60,335 nucleotides of DNA, filler included, from 4 parts of 4 records of this genome joined end to end with filler, not necessarily neighbours in it; one strand, 5' to 3'; positions 26,148 to 36,563 are shown, numbered from the whole stretch's first letter. Notes: generated from the sequence alone by a model not told the origin. Numbers and translations are program-made.

Positions 26148-27710
26148 CTATTTGCTTTCCACGTAAGGTTTTACCTCACCAGATTTCACACGTGCAATAT
26201 AATCTACAAGCATGGCCTTCACTTCTTTACGCAGCAAGAACAGACCAAGGATATTTGGGAAGCCAATAGCAAGTAGCAGGGAATCTGCCATGCTCATAAC
26301 CGGCGCAAGAGACATTGCTGAGCCAATGATCAATATAAACAAGTAAGACAACTTGAATGCTAAGTCCGCATTTTTGTTGTTACCAAACAACCATAAGAAT
26401 GAGCGCTGTCCATAATAGAACCATGTGATCGATGTTGAGAAAGCAAACATCACAACCGCCACTGTAAGAATGTATGGGAACCAACCAATAACTGTTGCAA
26501 AAGCTTTTGACGTCAGGGCAATACCAGCAAGGGTGCCTGATGCAGACGCGTCAACTGACCCTGTTAGAATAATCACAAGCGCGGTGATGGTGCAGATAAC
26601 CACTGTATCAATAAATGGCTCAAGAACAGCAACCAGTCCCTCAGAGACAGGCTCTTTGGTTTTAGCCGCTGAGTGAGCGATGGATGCAGAACCCAGACCC
26701 GCTTCATTCGAGAAGGTCGCTCTGCGCAGGCCCTGTATCAACACTCCGATAATGCCACCAGCTACACCGTCGCCAGTAAAGGCCCCGGAAATGATTTGGC
26801 CAAATGCAGCAGGAATGTCACCGAAATGACTAAAGATGACCACCAGCGAAGCCGTAATATAGATACCTGCCATAAGAGGCACCAAAGTTTCAGTCACGTG
26901 CGTAATTTTGCGAATACCACCAATGATCACAAGCCCAACAGCAGAGGCAAACACCACACCAAATATCCAAGGGCGGTTGTAAAGTAGGCTGTTTTCACCA
27001 CCTGTTAAGGCGGCCAATTCGTTTGTGAACTGAATGGATGACTGGTTAACCTGGAACATGGCACCAGCACCGTAGGCACCACCAATAATGAACACCGCCG
27101 CAATAACTGCGAGTATTTTCCCCAATGTTGGAAGGCCTTGAGCGGCCAACCCTTTGGTTAGGTAATACATGGGGCCACCGGATACTTCGCCGTTTTCGTC
27201 AATTTCCCGGTACTTAACGCCCAGTGTGCATTCAACAAACTTTGACGTCATGCCAAATAGGCCTGCCAGGATCATCCAGAAAGTAGCGCCTGGACCACCA
27301 ATTGAAATTGCAATAGCAACGCCAGCAATGTTTCCGAGGCCTACTGTGCCAGAAACTGCGGCAGTCAGGGCCTGAAAGTGGGTAACTTCGCCAGGGTCCG
27401 TCGGGTCATCGTAGGTGCCGCGAACAATACGCAGCGATTGAGAAAAGTACCTGACGTTTGGGAAGCCCATGTAAAAACTAAAGAATATACCACCACCCAG
27501 TAGCCACAGAACGATAAACGGAATAGGGGGAAGGGCGCTGATGATGTCTTGCAAAGTAAAGAAGATGACAGAATCAACGGCTGCACTAATTGGTGCCATA
27601 ACATTGTTGACCGCTTCAGAGAAGGTCCCGCTTTCCTGCGCCAAAGCAGTCTGGCTCATCATCATTATCGTCGCGCTCATTAGCGCAACTAGTGCCAAAA
27701 GGCGTTTCAT
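26148..27710 (-). CDS. Alanine/glycine:cation symporter (AgcS family)
   Basis: FQALTAAVSGTVGLGNIAGVA, GGPGATFWM, SNEAGLGSA and EPFIDT motifs. Confidence 0.95.
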   Translation of the reverse strand: MKRLLALVALMSATIMMMSQTALAQESGTFSEAVNNVMAPISAAVDSVIFFTLQDIISALPPIPFIVLWLLGGGIFFSFYMGFPNVRYFSQSLRIVRGTYDDPTDPGEVTHFQALTAAVSGTVGLGNIAGVAIAISIGGPGATFWMILAGLFGMTSKFVECTLGVKYREIDENGEVSGGPMYYLTKGLAAQGLPTLGKILAVIAAVFIIGGAYGAGAMFQVNQSSIQFTNELAALTGGENSLLYNRPWIFGVVFASAVGLVIIGGIRKITHVTETLVPLMAGIYITASLVVIFSHFGDIPAAFGQIISGAFTGDGVAGGIIGVLIQGLRRATFSNEAGLGSASIAHSAAKTKEPVSEGLVAVLEPFIDTVVICTITALVIILTGSVDASASGTLAGIALTSKAFATVIGWFPYILTVAVVMFAFSTSITWFYYGQRSFLWLFGNNKNADLAFKLSYLFILIIGSAMSLAPVMSMADSLLLAIGFPNILGLFLLRKEVKAMLVDYIARVKSGEVKPYVESK

Positions 27711-27946
27711 ATAATTTCCCCCTAGAAATTTTTATCGTTGGGCAAACATCCGCCCTAACGCAAGTTTTGAATAGTGCTTTAAATAGCGTCATTCTTGTTC
27801 GACGCGCATGCTAGCCGTTATGGCGCTTTGGCTCAATGGAAAGATGGACCAATTCAAGAAAGGGTGAAGTCAGCAAGTGGATTGAGCTTTTGTTATTACG
27901 CAAAAGTGAAGTGTTTCAGTTGTAATTCTGTCCGGAATGTAAAAGT

Positions 27947-27973
27947 TTAACAAGCCTTTAACGGCCAGTTAAC
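27947..27973 (+). promoter_or_regulatory. Tandem CtrA boxes (TTAA-N7-TTAA-N7-TTAAC)
   Basis: TTAA-CAAGCCT-TTAA-CGGCCAG-TTAAC about 100 bp upstream of the DUF2336 gene. Confidence 0.75.
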
Positions 27974-28069
27974 CTGTTTTATTCTAGTATCAAATTTAGT
28001 ATTTCCGCCTGCAAAGACGGCGACAAAAAATGTTTAAGGCATGCAAAGTTTATTCGTAGGATAGTAACC

Positions 28070-29200
28070 TTGTCAGAAAATAGCAGACTTTCCAGTGCAG
28101 ACGTTGCCAAACTTTTACAAGACCCGAACAATGATAATCGTTTGGTGGCAGCACAGAAAGTGGCCTCGACGTTTTCGGCGACAGACTTAACAGATAATGA
28201 GCGAGCAATTGCTGAAGATATTTTCAGGGTGATGCTAAATGATGCCGCCGTAAGGGTGCGAGAAGCTTTAGCGGATAGTTTAAAAGATAACCCTATGGTG
28301 CCGCACGACATCGCTATTGGTTTGGCGAGAGATGTGGCCTCTGTTTCAATGCCCATTATTGAATGCTCGCTGGTGTTAAACGATGAAGACCTTGTTGAAA
28401 TTGTGCAAACACAGAGTAGCGATGCTCAAAAAGCGGTTGCAAACCGGTCAAAAGTGTCGGCTCGAGTTGCTGACGCTATCGTTGACACACAGGATGAAAC
28501 GGTTGTGGCAACCCTTGTAAGCAACAAAGGGGCGGCTTTATCGGAAGGTACTTTTGAGCGTGTTCTGGACCAATTTGGTGAAATTGATGCAGTGAAAACC
28601 CCAATGGCCTATCGGACTGACTTACCCATTGCCGTTTCCGAACGCCTAGTGACCATGGTTTCTGAGCAGCTTCGTAATCATATCATGACAAACCATGAAA
28701 TTTCTCCAGCTACAGCAACGGATTTGTTGCTTGAAAGCCGTGAGAAAGCGACTGTTTCATTGGTTGAGGGTGGCAGCAAGCATACAGTTCAACAGTTGGT
28801 TGACCAACTGGAAGCGAACGGTCGGTTAACACCGACCTTGATGCTGCGTGCTTTGTGCATGGGCGATACGACCTTTTTTGAAACGGCGCTCGCCAAGCGT
28901 GCTAAAATTCCAGTGAATAATGCGTATCAATTGGTTCATGACGGCGGAAACATGGGGCTAAAGCGCCTTTTTGAAGTAACGGACATGCCGCCGCAGTTTC
29001 TCAAAATGGCGCGTGCCGCGCTGGATGTTTCCGCAGAAATGGTTGAAACTGGCGGTGATAATCAAGATACCTACAAAAAGCTGATGATAGAGCGGGTGCT
29101 AACACAAGTTGAAGACGAAGTTGACACTGAAAACCTGGATTATCTAATTGGCAAGCTAGGCGTGGCTTCTAGTACTTACGCTGCTCAGGCTGCAATGTAA
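28070..29200 (+). CDS. DUF2336 domain protein (SpbR-like)
   Basis: DAAVRVREALA, LARDVASVSMPII..S.VL.DEDL, LVSNKGA and LMLRALCMGD..FFE.ALA patterns. Confidence 0.82.
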   Translation: MSENSRLSSADVAKLLQDPNNDNRLVAAQKVASTFSATDLTDNERAIAEDIFRVMLNDAAVRVREALADSLKDNPMVPHDIAIGLARDVASVSMPIIECSLVLNDEDLVEIVQTQSSDAQKAVANRSKVSARVADAIVDTQDETVVATLVSNKGAALSEGTFERVLDQFGEIDAVKTPMAYRTDLPIAVSERLVTMVSEQLRNHIMTNHEISPATATDLLLESREKATVSLVEGGSKHTVQQLVDQLEANGRLTPTLMLRALCMGDTTFFETALAKRAKIPVNNAYQLVHDGGNMGLKRLFEVTDMPPQFLKMARAALDVSAEMVETGGDNQDTYKKLMIERVLTQVEDEVDTENLDYLIGKLGVASSTYAAQAAM

Positions 29201-29235
29201 GCTGTTTGCGCGATCGTCGGCTTTCAAACGTTTGT

Positions 29236-30597
29236 TTAGCGCGATAACGCCGGCAACCAAAGGGCAATCTCAGGCCACATTAACACCGCGATCAAACCGG
29301 TAATTTGTAGTAATACAAAGGGTATTATGCCGCGGTATATGTCTTTGAGTGAAACCATGTCACCGGCAGCACCTTTCATGTAAAAAAGCGCGAAACCGAA
29401 AGGCGGCGTAAGAAAGCTGGTTTGTAAATTTACCGCCATAAGAATAGCAAACCACATGGTGGTCATGCCAGGGTCTAGCAAATGACCACCAAAATCAAGA
29501 TGGGCGATAATCGGCGCAAAAACGGGCAAAATAATCAGGGTTATTTCTATCCAGTCGAAGAAAAAGCCCAACAGGAACACTGCGATCATGAGAATGAGCA
29601 GAACAACCCAAGCACTTGTGCCGCTTGCCTGAATGACTTCCAGTATTTGGTCATGACCACCTAAAAGTGCGAATACATAAGAAAAAGCAGTGGCACCAAC
29701 AAACAAGCCAAATAGCATGGTTGTTGTCAGGGTGGATTGTTCAACAACATCTTTAAGAATGGAAAATTTCAATTCACCGCGAAACAGTGCGAGCAGAAGC
29801 GCGCCAAATGCCCCAACGCCGCTTGCCTCGGTAGGCGTTGCAAAACCACCAAATATAGAACCCAGAACCGTTACAATCAGTGCAAGGGGTGGCACGAAGC
29901 TGCGGATGACCATGCCAAGCGATAAAGGCGCATCGCCAACATTTCGGGCGAGCGGCGGGGCTAAAGAAGGGTTTAAACTGGTTCTGATGAAAATATAAAG
30001 CATATAGAGACAAGCAAGCAGCAGGCTTGGCACAACCGCAGCTAAAAACAAGCCACCCGCAGACGTGCCAAGCAGGTCTGCCATAACAACCAGCATTATG
30101 GACGGGGGTAGAAGAATGCCAAGCGTACCCGAAGCGGCAATTGTGCCGGTTGCCAAAGGGCGGTCATAGCCGCTTTCCAGCATAATGGGCAGAGCCATCA
30201 GGGTCATCATAACCACACTGGCGCCGATTATGCCGGTAGTGGCCGCTAAAATAACACCAAGCACCGTGACCGACAGCGCAAGGCCGCCGGGTATACGACG
30301 TGTCATGAGTTGCAGGGTTGTGAGTAAGTCGCGTGCAATACCGCTTTTTTCCAGCATCGTTCCCATGAAAATGAACATGGGGATAGCGACGAGAATTTGC
30401 TTATTGACCACGCCGCCAAAAATTCTGCTGACAACCAAAAAGAAGCTATTGGCATTTTGCAAACCCAATAGCACGCCCAGTAACCAGAAGCCGAGGCCAA
30501 CGCCACCAAGTACAAAGGCCACCGGATAGCCGCTAAACAGCAGGGGTATCAGAACGGCGAACATAAGAAACGGCAATACTTCGGTGATAACTTCCAT
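29236..30597 (-). CDS. dctM: TRAP transporter large permease
   Basis: GYPVAF, AIPMFIFMG, ASGTLGILLPPS, TPTEASGVG and SFLTPPFGFALFY motifs. Confidence 0.93.
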   Translation of the reverse strand: MEVITEVLPFLMFAVLIPLLFSGYPVAFVLGGVGLGFWLLGVLLGLQNANSFFLVVSRIFGGVVNKQILVAIPMFIFMGTMLEKSGIARDLLTTLQLMTRRIPGGLALSVTVLGVILAATTGIIGASVVMMTLMALPIMLESGYDRPLATGTIAASGTLGILLPPSIMLVVMADLLGTSAGGLFLAAVVPSLLLACLYMLYIFIRTSLNPSLAPPLARNVGDAPLSLGMVIRSFVPPLALIVTVLGSIFGGFATPTEASGVGAFGALLLALFRGELKFSILKDVVEQSTLTTTMLFGLFVGATAFSYVFALLGGHDQILEVIQASGTSAWVVLLILMIAVFLLGFFFDWIEITLIILPVFAPIIAHLDFGGHLLDPGMTTMWFAILMAVNLQTSFLTPPFGFALFYMKGAAGDMVSLKDIYRGIIPFVLLQITGLIAVLMWPEIALWLPALSR

Positions 30598-31178
30598 CAG
30601 CTAGCACCGCCTTGCGCGTTGGTGACAGATTGGCCACTACAATAAAATTCAGTTTTCTGTTGGTCTTCTTCTGAGCCAAAAATAAATACAAAGGCTTGAA
30701 TTGCCTTGGAAAAAGCAGCGCACCCAAGCCCTGCGAACCCAATGGGGATAGCGGCTTTTATCAGCCATCTGTCCGGTAGCCCTGTCGCGGAAGGGGAAGC
30801 TTCATTATATTCAATGCTGTAAGCGACATAATCTAAGCCAAACCAAATAACTGCGCCGATATAAGGCAGTAAAAACACACAGCAGCCTACCAGTTCAACA
30901 AAGGCTTTTTTCCTGGGGCGCCAGTTTTCCGCCAGTAATTCGATACGTACATGAGCGTTTTTATTGTAGGCCCAGCCAAGAGCTAAAAGAAAAAGTGCGC
31001 CGTGCAAATGCCATTCTAGCTCTTGCAGTTTTGTTGAGCCTATTACAAACCAGTTTCGCAGTGTGACATCGAAGATGATAACAGCGATCAGGGCAACAAT
31101 CAGCCAAGCGCCTGCTTTACCCATAAAGTCAGCCATTGCACGGAAACCATGCGAAATTTTAAGTAGGTGGCTTATCAT
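30597..31178 (-). CDS. dctQ: TRAP transporter small permease
   Basis: 4 TM helices, LQELEWHL and HVRIEL motifs. Start at 31178 gives an ATGA overlap with the dctP stop. Confidence 0.9.
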   Translation of the reverse strand: MISHLLKISHGFRAMADFMGKAGAWLIVALIAVIIFDVTLRNWFVIGSTKLQELEWHLHGALFLLALGWAYNKNAHVRIELLAENWRPRKKAFVELVGCCVFLLPYIGAVIWFGLDYVAYSIEYNEASPSATGLPDRWLIKAAIPIGFAGLGCAAFSKAIQAFVFIFGSEEDQQKTEFYCSGQSVTNAQGGAS

Positions 31179-32248
31179 TTTCTTTGAAGATATCCGCGTT
31201 CGGCCCAGCCTTTGTATTTGGCCCGAAAGGCGGCTAATGACGCCCAAACCCTTGCGAAATTGGGGTCTTCCGCTTGCAAATCAATAGCGACCTCATCCCA
31301 TGCAGCTTCAAGTGCGGCTAACACTTCTGGCGACCAAGTGTGAATTTCCACGCCTTTTTCTTCCAGGCGCATCATGGCATCTGCTTGCAAGGCTTCGCCT
31401 TCAGAAACACCGTGGCGCACATTGGCAGAGCAGGTGGTCTCAATCATATGCTTTTGACTGTCGCTTAAGTCGTTCCAGGCATCCAGATTAATCATCAACT
31501 CAAAGAAGGTTGATTGTTGATGCCACCCAGGTAGATAGTAATGTTTGGCCACTTCGTAAAAGCCCATGCGCTCATCAACAGCGGGCATCGCATATTCCGT
31601 GGCATCAATGGTGCCCAGTTCAAGTGCTTGGTATATCTCCCCACCCGCGATTAACTGCGGCGCTGCGCCAATTTTCTCCATTACTTTGCCGCCTAAGCCA
31701 AAAAACCTGATTTTTAAACCTTTAAAGTCTTCAATCGAGTTGATTTCTTTTTTAAACCATCCAGACGCTTCCGGGGGGGTCAGGCCGCATATAACGCTGT
31801 GGATATTATGGGTGTGATAAATTTCTTCGAAGAGTTCTTTGCCGCCGCCAAAGTCAAACCACGCTAAATACTCCGGGGCGGACGGTCCAAAAGGAACCGA
31901 CGCAAACAGTTGGAGAGAAGCTTCTTTTCCGGCCCAATAACCGGGCGTTGACCAACCGGCTTCCAGGGCACCGTAACTCACAGCATCAAATGTCTCGAAA
32001 GGTGGTGCCAAAACACCGGGCTCATGAAACTTTAAATTAATAGTACCACCAGAGATGATGCCCAGTTCAGTGGAAATACGTTTGCCCAGCGTACCTATTT
32101 GCAAAAGCGTTGACGGATAGGTGCTTGTCATGCGCCAGTTAACGGGGCGCTCCATGTTTTCATCGCTCGGGTTTTGGGTTTTCTCATCTGGCCCGCCACA
32201 GGCAGACAAGGCACCGGCAAGCAGAATTAATCGCGTTAGTCGAAACAT
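31175..32248 (-). CDS. dctP: TRAP substrate-binding protein (TakP-like subfamily), lipoprotein
   Basis: Lipobox LSAC; WRMTSTYP, GWFKKEI, GLKIRFFGLG, GTIDATE and PGWHQ motifs. Confidence 0.9.
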   Translation of the reverse strand: MFRLTRLILLAGALSACGGPDEKTQNPSDENMERPVNWRMTSTYPSTLLQIGTLGKRISTELGIISGGTINLKFHEPGVLAPPFETFDAVSYGALEAGWSTPGYWAGKEASLQLFASVPFGPSAPEYLAWFDFGGGKELFEEIYHTHNIHSVICGLTPPEASGWFKKEINSIEDFKGLKIRFFGLGGKVMEKIGAAPQLIAGGEIYQALELGTIDATEYAMPAVDERMGFYEVAKHYYLPGWHQQSTFFELMINLDAWNDLSDSQKHMIETTCSANVRHGVSEGEALQADAMMRLEEKGVEIHTWSPEVLAALEAAWDEVAIDLQAEDPNFARVWASLAAFRAKYKGWAERGYLQRK

Positions 32249-32272
32249 GTTTAATCCTATATTTTCAGTGCA

Positions 32273-35065
32273 TTAACCAAATTTTTTCAGAGACTGTCCA
32301 AGCAATATATACAGCTTACCCATGTCAGAAGATATCAATGTTACTGATAAAGCACTTCCTTTATCACCGATCATGGCGCGTTCCATCAAGCCTTCAAAGT
32401 CGCGGCAATAGCGCGCGACAGTCTCGCGGAATTCACTGTCAGATTTATATTTTTCAGCAATAGCTTTGCGGGTTGCCCGGTCTGCTATTTTCAACGTTCG
32501 CCGCATAAATACAGACTTGTCACCTTCCAGGTAACTTTCCCATGTGCTGTCAGGCAGGTCGTGCGACAGCGCCTTGTTAATATCAATAGAAACCGATTGC
32601 AGGCTTTCCATTAATAAGGTTGAAGTGCGCGCAAAATCGTTTTTGGTTGCTGTGATAATGCGTTGCTCAATTTCCGCTGTTTTCTCGATAAACTGCTCAG
32701 CTCTCTGGGCAATTTTGTCTGACTCGTTACCAAGTCGCATAGCGAGTAGGGCGCTTTCTTTCTCTGCCTGATCGGCGGAGCCTTGGTAGTTGGTTAACAC
32801 TTTATCGAGTGTTGTTTGCATTTGCTCTTGCAGGAATGTGATCCGTTCATTGGCCTTATCGCTTATGGATGTAAGACTGGCACTTAATTCCTCGCCAGTG
32901 TTTTCGACGGTTTTACGCATATCGGTCTGCGCGCGCTCGGTCTGGTCAATTAACGCCTGGCTGGCAGAATCCAGCCTTTCTGCGACATCGGCTGAACTTT
33001 CTGCAAAGCGGGTAATTTGATCGTTCATTTTTTCAGTTGATGAATCGAGGTTTTCAATAACCCCTGCGGTCTCATCAATAATCCGCTTTCGCTCACTGCC
33101 AAGGGCCTCAGCAGCCTTGTCAATATTCTGGCCAGTTTCGGCAAGTTGATTATCCAATGCAATTGCATTGCCGCTTAACTGCTCGCTTTTAGACTGAACT
33201 GAGTCAACGACATCGGAAGCAGTCAACTCAAGGTCAACGACAGCGGCGCCCAGGTGCTTGGTTTTTTCGCTCAAAAAACTTTCAGCTTCGCTGGCTTTGT
33301 CTTGCAGATGCGTACTTTGCGACGCAAATCGCTCAGTTGCTTCAATCACTTTATTGGCGGCATCGCCGGATGCTGCGCTTAATGCCTCGCGTTGGCGGGT
33401 CAAGTCTTCTTCAAGCCTGGAAAGCTTCATTCGGGTGTCATTCAATAAGTCGGATAATACACCGCTTTGCTCACCCATTTTTCCTTGAACAACTTCAATG
33501 TCTGCGCTGGTTTTTTGTGACTGTTCAGCAAGGTTTCTGGCTTCTTCATTAATTTTTTCAGCAGAACCGCTCAACGATTCCCCTGCTGTCTCTGCGGCTT
33601 TGGTAAGTTCAGAAATTTGGTCTTCGACGCCTGCACGAAGTTGCCGAATGTGTTGAAGCGTGCGCTCTGCGGTCGCTTCTGCTTCCTCTGCTGCGGCAAT
33701 ATTTTGAGATGAAATGGTGTTCATGGTTGTATCAAGCGCGCGTTTGGCTCTTTCGAGGCCGTCTTCTAATACCAAATCAACTTGTTTTGCATGCTCCAGA
33801 ACCTGCTTGCCGGTTTCTTCAGTTGTTGCAAGGGTTTGCTGGTTAACCTGTTCGCTAATCTCAAGGGCAGCGGCGCTATGCGCTTCAAGCGATTGACCAG
33901 CTTCTTCCAGCATTGTTTTCGCCCGCGAAACAGTATCAATAACCTGTTCAGACATGGCGTGAGCTCGTTCTGAGAATACCTTGGATACATCATTGGTGCT
34001 TTCGAGTGCCTCGGATGCAGCAGTTCGCACTTCGCCTACATGGGTGCGCAGGCTTTCCTCAATTTTTGCAGATTCTTGAGCCGCCAGTTCAGCAAGCTCT
34101 TTAAGAACAGTGCCTTGAGTTGTCATATGCTCAGAAAGTTCTGCTGAGCGCCCTTCAAGACCTTCCACATCATTGCGGAATTTCTCCATGCCGCCCAAAA
34201 CCTTATTTGTTACAGACTTCAAACGCAATTCAACCTCTACGGCAATGTCCTGAACATCTGCAACGCGGCCACTGACATGCTCGCTGGCAATATCAAGCCT
34301 GGTTTCAAAGTCTTCCGTTGCTTTGCCGAATGCTTCTAAACTGTTGTCGACCCGTTCGCGTGCTCGGTCTGCAGTTGACGCGGCAAACGAACCGGCCCCT
34401 TCTACGCGCGCCGTCATATCATTGACGTTTGTCTCCAAAGCGGTAATTCGGGTTTCAACTTCACCGGTCAGTTCTAAAATAGATTGTCTTTCACGGCTGA
34501 GAAGGTCCCGGATACTGGCAGTTCGGGCTTCTGTGTCAGCTGTTGCGGAAAATAAATCGCTAATTTGTGACTGGAATCTATTTTCCAGATTGCCAAGTCG
34601 CTCCGAGGCCAAATCAGCAACGGCGTCTATATTGGTAAGCTCTTTAGTGAGGGACTTGTTCAATTGTGCGAGGCGCTGCTCTGCAACTTCAACTGGCGCA
34701 ACGGCGCGGTGCAAGTTTTGGGATATCGCCAATCGACGTTCCAATAAGGGGTCAGTGCGCTGAAAGGCTAGTGCGACTAGCCAAAAAATAGCGATGGGCG
34801 TGCTGTAGCCTGCGACAAGGGCGGCCAGTCCGCCGGGGTCGGTTGCCAGTGTTTCTGCCGGGGATAACCCAAATAAATAGAAGCCGACGAGCCCGGTCCA
34901 AAGCAGCGACATGCCGCCTGCTAACATGACTGGCAATAGCCTTCTTCGATTACGCACATTCATATTGGTCTGGGCGGTATCAGGCGCCGCTGTGTCTTGT
35001 TGGTTTTCTTGCTGCATTTTATCGTCCGGGTTCATATCCGGGAAATCGTGCTCAACTGTTGACAT
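32273..35065 (-). CDS. Large membrane-anchored coiled-coil polarity protein (TipN/GPR-like)
   Basis: Two N-terminal TMs, about 700 aa of helical repeats, and a C-terminal W..Y..GD..VF.RR...EFR..V.RY..DFE...SDMGKLY domain. Confidence 0.7.
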   Translation of the reverse strand: MSTVEHDFPDMNPDDKMQQENQQDTAAPDTAQTNMNVRNRRRLLPVMLAGGMSLLWTGLVGFYLFGLSPAETLATDPGGLAALVAGYSTPIAIFWLVALAFQRTDPLLERRLAISQNLHRAVAPVEVAEQRLAQLNKSLTKELTNIDAVADLASERLGNLENRFQSQISDLFSATADTEARTASIRDLLSRERQSILELTGEVETRITALETNVNDMTARVEGAGSFAASTADRARERVDNSLEAFGKATEDFETRLDIASEHVSGRVADVQDIAVEVELRLKSVTNKVLGGMEKFRNDVEGLEGRSAELSEHMTTQGTVLKELAELAAQESAKIEESLRTHVGEVRTAASEALESTNDVSKVFSERAHAMSEQVIDTVSRAKTMLEEAGQSLEAHSAAALEISEQVNQQTLATTEETGKQVLEHAKQVDLVLEDGLERAKRALDTTMNTISSQNIAAAEEAEATAERTLQHIRQLRAGVEDQISELTKAAETAGESLSGSAEKINEEARNLAEQSQKTSADIEVVQGKMGEQSGVLSDLLNDTRMKLSRLEEDLTRQREALSAASGDAANKVIEATERFASQSTHLQDKASEAESFLSEKTKHLGAAVVDLELTASDVVDSVQSKSEQLSGNAIALDNQLAETGQNIDKAAEALGSERKRIIDETAGVIENLDSSTEKMNDQITRFAESSADVAERLDSASQALIDQTERAQTDMRKTVENTGEELSASLTSISDKANERITFLQEQMQTTLDKVLTNYQGSADQAEKESALLAMRLGNESDKIAQRAEQFIEKTAEIEQRIITATKNDFARTSTLLMESLQSVSIDINKALSHDLPDSTWESYLEGDKSVFMRRTLKIADRATRKAIAEKYKSDSEFRETVARYCRDFEGLMERAMIGDKGSALSVTLISSDMGKLYILLGQSLKKFG

Positions 35066-35263
35066 TGTTGCTGTTCCTAAGTCTCAACCAGCCCATTCCT
35101 TTGGACAAGTACAGTTTCATTTTCACGTTACAGCGTCAACCATTGCGTCAATTTCCTGGACAATAGCGCATTGTTTGGCACGCAGATATGGCAAAATGAT
35201 GGATTTGCGGTATTGTAACAGACTAAAACGACTAGAAACAGCCAAGATCACAGGGACAGATCT

Positions 35264-35575
35264 ATGACTGAAATGATGGTGAAACCAAAGGCGCTTACTG
35301 GCAAGAATTCAGAAGGCGGGCCCGGAAATAGCGCTTGCAAGACCAGGCGGTCATCGTTGACAACTGTTCAAAAGCGGTATTTAGAGCGTGGTTTAATTGA
35401 GCCGGGCGGGAAATTGCCGCTGTTCGACAAACAAGGCCAACGCATTAAAGACCAAACTATTAAGGCGTGCATCAAAAATGGTTGGTGCGAACCTTGGTAT
35501 CATAATCCAATAAAACCAGATTGGTTGGTGTGCAAGTTGACCCCGCAAGGGCGGTCAATTTTGAAAGCTGATTGA
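35264..35575 (+). CDS. Conserved-looking hypothetical protein (possible winged-helix fold)
   Basis: LTTVQKRYL...PGGKLPLFD...GWCEPW...KLTPQGR; stop overlaps the next gene. Confidence 0.7.
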   Translation: MTEMMVKPKALTGKNSEGGPGNSACKTRRSSLTTVQKRYLERGLIEPGGKLPLFDKQGQRIKDQTIKACIKNGWCEPWYHNPIKPDWLVCKLTPQGRSILKAD

Positions 35576-35931
35576 TTGTGACGCAGTCCAATTGGGATGA
35601 AAACATTGTACTTGATGCCAACCATTTGCATGAATTTACCGGGGGCGATGTAGCCTTGCAGGCGCAAGTTATGCAAATTTTTCTAGACCATGCTCCAAGC
35701 TACTTGAAGGTCTTATGCATGCCTGATAACGAAAATTGGCGAGCAGATGCACATAAGTTAAAGGGTGCTGCGCGTAGCATAGGGGCTTGGCGGTTGGCTG
35801 TTTCAGCGGAGCGTGCCGAAGCTCTCGGCAATCCTGCGGCCAATGACCTACGGCGTATTCATTGTTGCCGGGAACTACTTGAACGACTTGAAGAAACAAT
35901 CTCTCATATTAAACGCCTCCTTAACGATTAA
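35572..35931 (+). CDS. Single-domain histidine phosphotransfer (Hpt) protein
   Basis: AHKLKGAARSIGA Hpt motif; LD..HL..FTGGD..L N-terminus. Confidence 0.88.
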   Translation: MIVTQSNWDENIVLDANHLHEFTGGDVALQAQVMQIFLDHAPSYLKVLCMPDNENWRADAHKLKGAARSIGAWRLAVSAERAEALGNPAANDLRRIHCCRELLERLEETISHIKRLLND

Positions 35932-36011
35932 TGCTGTTTAATACGTCGCACTAGCACGGCTATGACCAGCTTTTGCTAGGTGTTAATGATGCGCAAGCAT
36001 GAAGGTGTATT

Positions 36012-36563
36012 ATGAGCGAGTATGATTTTGATCGCGTGAATGTTTTACTGGCGGAGGATAGCCCTTTTATTCGCTCATTATTGGTTAATTCGCTTAAAGT
36101 TCTGGGTGTAGGCAATGTTTTTGCTGTGGAGCATGGCGGCGACGCCATTCATTTTCTCCAGCGTGTTAAAAATGAGCCCATGCGCGTAGGCGTGCAACAA
36201 ATTGATATCATCATTTCAAACTGGGACATGTCGCCAGTGGATGGCATGATGTTTTTGCGTTGGGTACGCCGCCATAAGGACAGCCCAGACCGTTTTGTAC
36301 CCTTTATGCTCATCACCAGCTACACCGAGCCTGAACGGATTGTTCAAGCTCGAGAAATGGGCGTTACAGACATGCTTGCCAAGCCTTTCACTATTAAGCA
36401 TATCGGTGAAAAACTGATCTCCATTATCGAACGGCCGCGCCAGTTTGTTCATAACGCTGAGTTTTTTGGCCCGGATCGTCGGCGCCAGAATTTAGGCCCG
36501 CCGGGGGAAGAGCGTAGGTTGCTCACCGATAAAAGCGAAGGCGTGGAGATTATCCGTGGATAA
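36012..36563 (+). CDS. CheY-like receiver with C-terminal Arg-rich region (Cle-like); acceptor Asp replaced by Asn
   Basis: LLAED, IISNWDMSP, LITS and AKPF receiver motifs, plus FFGPDRRR. Confidence 0.85.
   Translation: MSEYDFDRVNVLLAEDSPFIRSLLVNSLKVLGVGNVFAVEHGGDAIHFLQRVKNEPMRVGVQQIDIIISNWDMSPVDGMMFLRWVRRHKDSPDRFVPFMLITSYTEPERIVQAREMGVTDMLAKPFTIKHIGEKLISIIERPRQFVHNAEFFGPDRRRQNLGPPGEERRLLTDKSEGVEIIRG

Noticed and set aside
27711-27946. Glycine riboswitch upstream of the AgcS symporter
   Set aside because: No GGAGA...CCGAAG...CTCAGG-type core found on the minus strand.
35909-35941. Cluster of TTAA half-sites upstream of the Cle-like gene as CtrA boxes
   Set aside because: Spacings are 8, 3 and 6 nt rather than 7, so the match is not convincing.
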